Positions 33,601 to 45,600 of a DNA stretch of 64,000 nucleotides are shown here, piece by piece. A program made the position numbers and the translations under genes. Within the stretch, counting starts at the first letter, position 1. Each line of letters begins with the position of its first letter. The notes under the pieces were generated by a model. The model did no database searches, had not been told where the DNA came from, and was given only the letters and a program-made list of their open reading frames with translations. The stretch covers positions 10,664,001-10,728,000 of the forward strand of contig NC_135903.1 in the NCBI RefSeq assembly GCF_964194155.1. Direction: 5' to 3'. This stretch comes from Cetorhinus maximus (lineage: Eukaryota).

Positions 33601-36600
33601 GAGACTTAAGCACAAAATCTAAGCTGACAACACAGTGTAGTATTGAGAGAGAGTGTACTACATTGTTGGAGGAGTCACCTTTCAGGCAAGATGTTAAGCG
33701 AGGCCCCACTTATATATTCGGGTAGATGTAAAGGATCCACTGGCACTGGCCAAATAAGAGTAGGAACTTTTCCCCAGTGGTCTAGCCAAAATTGATTTGT
33801 TCAAGCAAAATCACCAAACAGATCAACTCAAAGCAGTTTACAGATTCTTGCTGTGTGCAAATTGGCTGCCGCATTGGCCCACGTGACCAAATGTAATTAA
33901 CTACAAAGCCTTTTGAGATACAAAGGCTCTGACACAGCACTATATAAAAGCAAGTTCTTCTTCCTTTACAAGCTTTTCCACCTATTGACTGTCAAAAAAT
34001 CTATAATGTTAGTTAAAAATCAAAGATTTAAAGCTTCGCTTTGGGTTTCGACAATTTTCCCACATAACTGATTGTCTGCTACATCTGCAGCTGGTTTGAA
34101 TGCAGCAATCTGTACACAGTTCACTGGAAAAGCATCTTTGTGTTGATTCAATTATTTTGTACACCCTCCTTCGCCTCCACCAACAAAGCAAGCACCTATA
34201 AACAATTTTTTTAGAAAGCAATACAGAATTCTGAAATATTTCAGTGGGAAAGTGTCAATATACCACAATAGTGAACTAGTAATTTGAAATAATAGAATGA
34301 TACAGCACAGATGCCATTCGGCCCACTGTACCAGTGCTGGCTCTTTGAAAGATAAGTCCTACTCAACCCCCAAATCTTTTCTCACAGCCCTGCAAATTTC
34401 TCCTTTTAAAGTATATATCTAATTCCCTTTGGAAAAATACTATTGAATCTGCTTCCACAATGCTTTAGGGCAGTGCATTCCAGGTCACAACCATTTGCTG
34501 CATTAAAAATTCTCATTTCTCCTCTTCTTTTTGCTAATTATCTTAAATGTGTCATCTGGTTACTGATTCTCCTGCTAGTGGAAACCGTTTCTCCTTATCT
34601 GCTCTTATTAAAAGCCTCAATTTAGAACATCAATTACCAAACCAATTCAATTTTACACAGAGTTAAACAGACCTATTATGCATGATAAGTCTAGCTCCAA
34701 TACAACAGTGGATGGTAGGTTACTAATTATACCTCTTAATGCAATATGTGATTTACCTTAGTGCGTCTGGACACAGACACTTGCCATCTAACATGTCGCA
34801 GACAGCTACTCTGAGAGATTCATGCCGTATGCATTCATTGTAGTTTTTACTATCTCCGGGATGCCTCTCCTAAACAGTAAATAAGTAAAAGTTTTATTTT
34901 GCAATTTACAGATGATGTGCAAATATATATCTTAAATATTTATTACACAGCACATTCCCTTTCCCTCCAATTTACCCTAACTTTAAGGTGCTAACGCCAG
35001 GGGTAGAATTTCAATGGGCTGGCGGTCTCTCTGTACTCAGCCTCACAACCAATCTTCTGTTCAGTGAGTGCTGGCAGACTATTCGACCATGGGAGCCACC
35101 ATAGTGAGTTCAATCCTGGCCACACAAAGGTTCACGCAAACTCACTGAAGGGGGAGTCGATGTGGGAACATTCAGGATTGCAACCTCTGGCACCTCGTTC
35201 TGAATCTAGGCAAACTGATAGCAACATGTTTCTTCAGAGAAAGACTGGATAGTGATCAAGGGAGTGGGTGTGGGGACATAAGTATGCAGTTCAAAAGAAA
35301 AAGATCAAATGTGTACCTGGATTTGAGAGTGTGATACCATACACCAACATTGGCAAGATGTTCTTGTTAAGGAAACGTTAGGAATACTTCATGTTGTCAA
35401 TTATACACGTAAAACTAAGCCCATCAACGATAAACAGTATTTTTTTTTTTTACTTCTCGTGAAGATCTTAAGAATTTGGTGGAGTTTTCATGCATCAACC
35501 CTGAATTCCTCATCCAGATGGTTATTACTCATGTGTGAGCTTTGATAGTGGATAGTGATAGGTATTTAACAAAGACACCACTCAAAATCGTTCCTTTAAC
35601 CCATGCACGCTTCTAGCAGAGGTCAATATATGGTGACTGGAATAACTAGATGCGTTTCCTTTTCCCAATACAAGATATCAAGGCCACCAGTCCTGTTGGG
35701 GTCAGCAAACTCGACACAGGTGCTGACCAGAACCCGGAACTGTCCCATCCTCTATGGTTCAATATCACACTGGGTAGACTTACAGATACGAGGGAAAGCA
35801 TTGGACTTTTTGAAACTGCAGATTAGTAGAGGGTTGGATTGACAGGAATTTTTAACTTGAAGCTTGTCAGGTACATAGCCCTGATCCCAGCACGTTTTAC
35901 ACATCCCAGCTCTCTGGAGATCATCAAGAATCTCTCAAGACATAATATTAGTGTTCCTACAGCATTGGAACAAGCCATTCAGCCCAACTGATTTATGCTC
36001 CATAGGCACCTGCCTTCACCCTACTTCATTTAGCTTCCAATGGATCCTTCTATCCCTTTCTTCCTCAAGTACTTATCCAACTATGCCTTAAAAGCTTTTA
36101 TTCTTAAATCAAAGTTACAAACGTAAAAGAAAATCTCAAAAGTTTACCAAGATTAAAAGGTACTTCAGCTCACCTGTTCAAAACCTGGCTCATTGTGATA
36201 TGGATTCTCAGTCATAAGGGACTGAATGGATATGAGTACAGAAGAGATGCTCTGGGCCGGGCTCCAGGCAGGCCCTGTCCATGTGCTTTAAAAGAAAAGA
36301 GTGTCTTAAAATACAGCAGAAAGTTCTTAGTAGCGGACTAGTGATGACTCAAAACCATCCCAATATTTTATGAACTATCACTTCAATTTCCGTTTCATGT
36401 GCAAAACTTAGGGATACTTAAAGTAGTCACTCTTTGAAACGATCAACAGCACTGGTTTGAATGGGTGTTCCAGACAGATTAAGCCTAGACTTCATCTCCT
36501 AGATAAACAGACATCATGACACCGTTGTGATATTCCTGAAAAGGACTAAACTGTAATTGCACATTTGCAGATTAAAATGCACAAATGTTTTGCATCTCTG

Positions 36601-39600
36601 ATGTGAAGGGCTGACTGTTGCTCTGTGCTTGTGAAATTGTATAGCTTCAACATCAGGGTCTCTTCATATGTGATCCAGGTTCCTGACACATTTCTTAGAA
36701 ATTTCAAAAAGCTATTTGCAAATATGAGACAAAATAAGGGATGGTTTAAGATGGGGGAGGAGGAGGGTTGGGGTGGGGGAATGTGAATCCCTTAATTGAT
36801 TTTTGTCTTTGGATTTAGCCCCAAATTTACTCAGTAGTTTACAGGCCAGGCCTGTTATTTACCCACAGCCCATTATTTTATATGCATGATCCACTCTTAG
36901 CTGTGATTTAATCTGTGCATACCCAAGTATGCTGAGGCACACTTTGCCATTCCGGTAGAAGTTTGGGTTAAACCGCACAGTGCTGTTTCCAGTTGTCATG
37001 AGCTTGACTCTCGGTGGGTGGATAGGATAGTCAGGAGGGCAGCGAAAGAGAAAAAGAAAAAAGCCTCCTTCATAAGGCGTGTCGAAAGGTCCTGTAATTA
37101 GTGCGTGAATCTGCAGGGAAAAGAAAAAGAACAGCAGTCCCAGTAAAGTAAATGCCCAGTAAAGTCTGCAGGGGGAAAGTTTCGAGTGTAAAATGGTGGA
37201 ATACATTAAACTGGTACCAAAACACTTTCTTATTGCATCCAATAGAGCATTACAATTACCACTACATCAACATCTCCCCATTATGGAAATGCTACTGGAC
37301 TAGTAATCCAGAGGCTCAGGCGAATGCTCTGGGGACACGGGTTCAAATCCCATCACAGCAGCTGGTGGAATTTAAATTCAATTAATTAATTACTCTGGAA
37401 TTGAAAGCTAGTCTGAGTAATGGTGCTCACGAAATTATCAATTGTTGCAAAAACCCATTTGGTTCACTAATTTTTAAAAATTCATTAACGGGGTGTGGAC
37501 GTCACTGGCTAGGCCAGCATTTATTGCCCATCCCTAATTGCCCTTGAGGAGGTGGTGGTGAGCTGCCTTCTTGAACCGCTGTAGTCCCTGTGGTGTAGGT
37601 ATACCCACAGTGCAGTTAGGGAGGGAGTTCCAGCATTTTGACCCAGCGACAGTGAAGGAACGGCGATATATTTCCAAGTCAGGATGGTGAGTGACTTGGA
37701 GGGGAACTTCCTGGTGGTGGTGTTCCATGTATCTGCTGCCCTTTTCCTTCTAGATGCAAGTGGCTCTCTAGAGAAGGAAATCTGCCATCCTTGCCTGGTC
37801 TGACCCACAGCAGACTCCAGACCCACAGCAATGTGACTCTTAACTGCCATCTGAAATGACCTAGCAAGCCACTCAGTTCAACAGCAATTAGTGATGAGCA
37901 ACAAATGCTGGCCTTGCCAGCGACGCCCACATCACCTGAAAGAATAAAGAAACAAAATCTTGATCTTCATCCTCCCTGTGCACTTTACAACTAATTGGAA
38001 GGAGCATCCTAAGGTAAAGTTGGAAATTTCCAGGTTCAATTCCTACCATGTACTGAGTAAGCTGATCTCAGTTAGGGAAGAATAAGACCCGTTTCAGGGC
38101 TACTGGGTTAGAGGTGGGGGAGACAGGGCGGGTGGTGCTGGCTATCAGCTGGAATTCCAGATCTAATTCATATTTGTCTGATCATTTTCTTGCTGGGGGC
38201 ATTGTAGTGGAGTACAGTTTATGCACATTCCTGCAAGGGGTTCAGTGGACCACTGCGGCAAGAGCCCTGGCTAATTTCCTCATCCCTGACAAGTCTCCCT
38301 GCCTTCCGAACCCAGGAATCCCACAGCCAATTGCAACACAACTACCACCCTGGTATTTACCCATTAGGCCAGTACATATCAATGATTTCTGGGTTTGTAA
38401 GTTTGAGTACCACACGAAGCAGTATGTACAAATCAACCCTTCAGGGCAGCTGCAGTAAATTTCATTCCCTAAACACAATCTGGCTGATGTTTCTCTTTAT
38501 AACATTGTGTTGTAATGATGTAAAAAAAAATCTTCCAAATGCACACTTCCTGTGAACTTTTACCACTGTAAATTCACATGTCCACTTTTGTAATACAAAA
38601 GGTGTATGTAAACTTCTTACACTCTAAGTGAAGTGCAATCCACTTCCTGTGCTGTAATGTCACTGAAAGAAGGGTGCGATTATCTGGTAATACGTTCACA
38701 CAAGCAGCTTCCATTATAAATATTGTTCCAGAAATTTGTAATGGAATATAGAAAAATCTGACTGTAAAATGGGGAGTGAATTACATCTGCACACATGATC
38801 TGCTACCTTCAAACTTTGTTTCGCCTGATCACCACACTATTCCACGATTCAGTGCATGCAACACCACAGACATTGTGTAGCTTTAATTTTATCTATACAT
38901 ATGGAATCATAGAATGATACAGCACATAAGGCCATTCGGCCCATCATGCCTGTGCCAGCACTTTGAAAGAGTTATCCAATTAGACCTATTCATGTGCCCT
39001 TTCCCCAAAGCTTTGCAAATTTTGCCTTTTCAAGTATTTATCCAATTCCCTTCAGAAAGTTACTACTGAATCTGCCCTTTCAGATAATGCATTCCAGATC
39101 GTAACAACTCACTACTTAAAATATTCTAATATTATCTCTGGTTTTTGCCAATTAATTTAAAATAAATATATACTGGAGTAATGAATCCAAAGCTTTAATA
39201 TTGTTCAGATAATGCTGGAAACACTCAGCATTGGTTAATGCTTCAATTTCTGATGTAAGATTACAAAACTAAAACATTAACTTTATTTCTCTTCACAGAT
39301 GCTGCCTGACGGGCTGAGTACTTCCAGCATTTTCTGTTCATATTTCAGGTTTCCATCATCTGCAGTTATTTTGTCTTTTAACGTTCTAGCTGTTTGGATG
39401 CTACATTAAATACTGCACCGTGCACCAGGTAACACATCTCCATCGCACCTTAGTCATATCTTGCGGGTCTGGGACAACAAACATCCCTGGTGGTGGTTCT
39501 TTGTAAATAGACATGATATCCCTGCAGCACAAAATAAAGCAAAATATTAAAACATATTGAATGTTAAATTTGCAAAAGAATGGAAGAAAATGACAACCCG

Positions 39601-42600
39601 AACAATCATTCCAATAGAGGTCTTTAGAATTATGAAGGTGTATGAAAAGGGTAGATGTAGAGATAGTGTTTCTACTTGTTGGGGAATCTAAAACTAAGGG
39701 TCATAAATACAGCAATTTCTGCTCTCCTGACCCCATTTATTCCATCTCTCCTGAAGGCCTTGATTAGGCACTGCAGTATGATTTCGCAGCCGCTGCAGTC
39801 CTCCTGCGCTGTGGCCTTGTGACCATTCTTCATATAGCATATACAGCACCGTTAACATCGTAAGATATCCCAAAGAGCATTATCAAACAAAATCTGACAC
39901 TGAGCCACCTAGAGATGTTTGCTCCATTGTGCATGCGCCAGCTCTGTGAAAGCCCCTGTTCCCCTTTAGAGAAATGACAGAGGTGAGTTACTCAACCTGA
40001 CGATACAAGGTGAGCTGACGTTCTACTGAAACATGAGAATTTAAAGCGATTGTTTTCAGCACCCATAGTAAACTCTGCTCCCTCATAACTGACACCTAGT
40101 CATGCTCTCAGTCTGACTCATCTTCCTGTCCTATTTGCCCTAAAGCTGAGCTTCAAATCTACATCCTCTCAATCAGAAAAATTGTTCAGCTCCAGATTCA
40201 CACCATCAGCTCCTGTACTGCAGCTGATAAATCTTTATCCAATTCTCTAAGCCAGTTCTACACTTGATTTTCCCAACCTTCTCCTCCCAGCCTTCAATCC
40301 TCCAAAATTTATAAACTCCAAACCATTCAAAATTCAGACACCCACCTGTCCCACACTAATGACTGCTCAGATACTGCTGCCTGTCCCTAGTTGGTTCCGT
40401 TGCCAATGCGATGAATTTAAAATCCCCACCCTCACACCTTCATCTTCAAATCTCTCAATGGCTTTACCCCATCTCACTTCTTTCACCTCCTCCAGCCTTA
40501 TTTCCTTTCAGCATCCTTTATCCCTCTATCTCTCCATAGGCAGTAAGCCTTCAGTAGCCTTAGTGCTATTTTCTGGACCTTTCTTATTCACATCTCTTGA
40601 AACCAATCCAAGTGCCTAACTCTCCCATTATGGTTCAATATCCATTTTGTTTTATACTTCCTCCTGCTAACCCCTTGGGGCATTCTTCCACATGAAAAGG
40701 TGTGGTAACAAAGCAAGTTGTTAATTGAGCAATCTTGCTCTGTCAGGCTTAGCAATCCCTTCAAGTGAGCCCCAGAGTGGAGGTGGGCACTTAGCTTAAA
40801 AAGACATGGCAATCCATAACCATTCACCAAACTATTGACATGATGGGGCAGTCCTGGAACTGTGTCAATTGACAAAAATCACCATTTCACTTATGCATGA
40901 AGTTAGCACAATCAAAATGAAGAATGCCTATTCCAGTTCATCTCCCTGCCCAAGGACAGATTACACCTTTAAAGACAGACTTCAATGGAAATGGGGAAAG
41001 AAAACAAGAGAGAAGGATGTGTATACTGCTGAACATAGCAAACTTCACGGGTAGATGCAGATGAAAGTTAAGCAAATGCTTCAGCATCCGGACACCTCAG
41101 AGGTTCTTGACCTGCTGGTCAGAATATAATCCCGTGACATTCTTAATTAAAGTAAATTTCAATGGACGATGGTTATGGAACCTTCAGAGGCCATTTACAG
41201 AGCTAACTGTTTTGAATTTGCATTGTAAAGAGGTTACCATTGGATTACGGCCAGGAATCAGAAAGTCCTGCTTTCAGAGTGGACCATCACAGGTGGCGCC
41301 AGTCCAAATGGAGCTGCGTCTGCCACAAGCAAAGCAAGGGCAGTTAAACAATGGTTTGAGTTATCTTGAGCTTCTCTCACTCATCACCCAGGGACTGATA
41401 GCTCAGCAAATATCACAAGTTGCTGCTGTTGAAGGTTAGTAAACCAGAGTTTGAGAGTGCAGTGCAGTTTAGGGCTGCTTTATAAAGGCAGGGTTCGAGT
41501 GGCTGGTCACATTAAATTCCATTTTTTATTGCTTAGGATTCAGCAACTTTTCCCAGCATTATAGGATAGAATTCCACAATGCATTCTATTTCTCAAAGAA
41601 ATGAAAACTATGAGTCTCATAGAGCTATAAATTGTGTGTTGAGAAAGAGAGATTCCAGATTTAAGTAACCCAGCTTACTTCACCGTAACGCATTAATCAC
41701 TGGAACCCGGCAGTCGGGTAGGCTCTGAAGCCAGGTGACTGATTCATTGCAGCCCATAAGGCAGAACAATGGCAGCCGAAGACCGGACCTGGGGTTTGCA
41801 TTTCCAGCAACCCTCACAATAAGGTGCCTTAGAAGTTTGAAGGCAAATTCCAGATCCAACAGCTGAATGGATAACAGGTCCTTTATTAAGGCTCAAAAGT
41901 CTAGCTCCCCGGAATGTGGGCATCGCTGGCATTTGTTGCCCATCCCTAATTGCCCTTGAACTGACCTTGCCAAGTCGTTTCAGAGTCAACTACATTGCTG
42001 TGCGTCTGGTGTCACATGTAGGCCAGACTGGGTAAGGATGGCAGATTTCCTTCCCTAAAGAACATAACTGAACCAGACAGGTTTTTATAGCAATCGATGA
42101 TAGTTTCAAGGTTATCATCACTGAGACTAGTGAAATTTGAACCCATGTCCCCAGAGCATTAACCTGGGTCTCTGGATTACTAGTCCAGCGACATTACCAC
42201 TATGCCACCATCTTCCCTTGATCTTGGCGGTGCTCCCTTTAAGAATTTTATACATTTCAATAAGATCACCTCTCATTCTTTGAGAACATAGGCTAATTCT
42301 ACTCAATCTCTCCGCCTAGGACAGTCCTCTCATCCTTAAGGAGATCAAAACTGTACACAGAACTCCAGGTGTGGTTTCACCAAGGCCCTATATAATTGCA
42401 ACAAGACTTCCTTACCATTATACTGCAGCACCCGCAACACTACCCCCCCACCTCCCCTTGCAATAAAGGCTAACACATACAATTTACCTTCCTAACTGCT
42501 TGCTGTAAATACATGCTAACTTCTTGTAATGTGTACAAGAACATTAAATCTCCTGAAACTCCTGTATTTAAAAGTCTCTCGTTGTTTTAAAAAATATTCT

Positions 42601-45600
42601 GCTTTTCCATTCTTCCGACCAAAGTGGCCACACATTATTCTCCATTTTGCTCAGTTAACTGGTATATATCTCTTTGCAGCTTCTTTGTGCTCTTCTCAGT
42701 TTACTTTCTCATTTACGTTAGGTATTAGCAATGGCTCAGTTGGTAGCATATTTGTCTCTGATTCAGTAGGTTCACAAATATCACGGCTGACAGTACAGTA
42801 CTGAAGGAGTGCTGCACTGCCGGAGCTGCTGTCTTTCAGATGAAACATTAAGCCAATGTTTCATCTGCCCCCTCAGTGGACGTTAAAGATCCTATGGCAC
42901 TATTTCAAAGAACAGCAGGGTAGTTATCCCCAGTGTCCTGGGCATTATCAATGAACATCACAAAAACAGATTGTCTGGCCATTATCACATTGCTGTTTGG
43001 GGGAGTTTGCAGGTTGTCTTTTTTAATATATCAGTGATTACAATTCAAAAAGTACTTATTTGGCTGTAAAATGCTTTGGAATGTCTGGAGGGTCATGAAA
43101 GGTGCTATATAAACGCCAGTTTTTTTATCATCAACAAACTTGGTTGTATTTATTCATTTATCTCTCTGTTTCCTATCATACTGGGTCCTCTCATCTAATT
43201 CACTAATATAGATTGTAAATAGCTGAGGTCCAAACACTCATCCTTATGGCACTCCACCAGCTACACTCTGCCCTCCCAAAAATAACCCATTTATTCTGTT
43301 TTCTGCCCTAAAACCATGCTGTTACCCCCAATCTCATGAACCCTAATCTTGGTGTGCTGTCATGTTACTGCCCAATTGTATTCATTGCAAAGATCCCACA
43401 GTGATCATTCAAACACGACCGTTCAAGAGACTAATACGCCTCTGGGACCGGTTGGATAGAACACGTGAACAGTATTCACCAGCTAGGCCTACAGTAACAT
43501 CAGATTTCAGCAAGGTGTTTCAGTTATCCTGTGAATAGAGAGAGGAAGCTTTAGTTGATACTTAACCAAAAGCTGCATTTCCCCATGGCCTTGTGTGAAT
43601 AAGAAGGTTTGCTGCGATTTGTTTCTTAGAATGTCAGCTATGAGTCATTTTGGGAGTAGCAACAGTAATCGCACAGAATTGCCAATCATTACTACGCCTC
43701 TATTTGAAAATTCTCATACTGGTATTCAAATCCTTTTATGGCCTCACTCTTTCCTATCTCTGTAACCTCCTCCAGCCCTACACCCAGTGAGATCTCTGTA
43801 CTCCTTCAGTCCTGGGGAAATTTCCTTCAGTCCTGGGGGGGATTTCCTTCAGTCCTGGGGGGATTTCCTTCAGTCCTGGGGGATTTCCTTCAGTCTGCCA
43901 TTACTGCCCATTCAGCTACGCAGCTGAAGACTTGCGTAGGCTTGAAGCCCTGGAATTCCCTTCAAAACTTTTCCGTCTCTCTCCCCTCCTATAAGGCGCT
44001 CCTAAAAATCCACCTCTTTGACCAAGCTTTTGGACACCTGTCCTGAGGTGGCTTGCTGCAAAGTTTTGTTTGATAGTGTTCCTGTGAAGTGTCTAGGGAT
44101 ATTTCACTGCATTAAAGATGTAAACTGTTATTGTTGAAAAAAATGGTTATTCCCAATATAGTTCGAATCTACTTATTTCCTTAATTCAAATAATATTCTC
44201 CCATCAGGATGTCTCACTGTGCTATCAACATTGATGCCTCTCTCCAGCAGCTGGTTGAACAGAATTCTTTGTCCAGAACAGCAGCATTGGCAGTTAAAAG
44301 TGAACCATAAACAAATTCTAAAACAGAACTTTGATCACATTCTAGCATTTAAAGTGCATTTGATCATGAAGACGAACAAATTGGCTGCTGTGTTTCCTAC
44401 ATTACGATGGCGACTACACTTCAAAAGTAGTTTGACTGTGAAGTGCTTTGGGATATTCTGAGGGCATGAAAGGCGCTATGTAAATGCAGGCTTTTTCTTT
44501 TTTAAGGCTCTCACTGGTACTTTTTTAAGAGATGGAACTAGCTACCCAGCCTCCAGCTCCACACTGCTCTTATTCCAGAAAGGTCTACGCTTGCTTGCAA
44601 ATAATGATTAAACCTCACCATTCAAGATTCCTAACAGGGCATTTAAAACTAGAGAAGACAAATGATGTTAAAAACGTTCAGCAGAACATCTGCAAACCAT
44701 TGAAGTGTTGACATGGTCTTGGTCAGCAATCGACACATACGAAGCCCAACGTCTGGGAGTTTAGACAGTGAAGAAGGGGAAAAGACCCCAAAACCGCAGC
44801 TGGGAGCGACCCAAGACCAGAAGCCCCACGCCGTCAACACATAATGAAAGCAAAGGTCAGAGATCCGGCCAAACCACAATCCCCGATCTCGGAGGAAAGG
44901 GCAGGGGTAGGTGGTTGGTTATTTACTGGGCTCAGAGGATAAAAAAATTTAACTGGATATTTTGAAAGTGGATGGGGAATTTTTAAGAATGAAAGAGGAC
45001 GCTGGTTGGGGAGCATTGGGTTTGGAAGGGGTGTGACTGGAGTTGCGGCTGAGCTGAGGGGACTACTGAACCACACCCACGGTCTCAGACTCCGCCTGTT
45101 TCTTCTCCTTCAGTCACCTGCACCATCTCTCCCCTTCTCCCAGCTTCTCCCTCCCCTGTCAACTTCACCTTCCCCCACAACCACTGTCTCACCCACCTCC
45201 CACCCTCAATTAGCCTTTATGATTGGAGTATAAAAGCAAAAAAGCTTTGCTGCAATTGTATAGGGATTTGTTGAGACCATACCTGGAGAAATGTGAACCA
45301 GTTTGAGTCTTCTTACCGAAGGGAAACTATACCTGCCTTAGAGGGAGTGCTATGAAAGTTCACTAGACTGGTTCCTGGGAGGAGTGGATTGTCCTTAAGA
45401 GATTGAGACTAGGTCTCTGTTCCCCAGAATAATAAAAAAAATCTCATTGAAACATAAAATGCTAAGGGGTTTGACAGGGAAGATGCTGAGTACCTTGTTT
45501 CCCCGCTGGCTGGACAGCCTAGAGCTAAGGGGCACAGTCTCAGGATAAGGGGCGGGACCGGCCATTTAGGACCAAGGAGGAGAAATATCTTACCGCAGAG

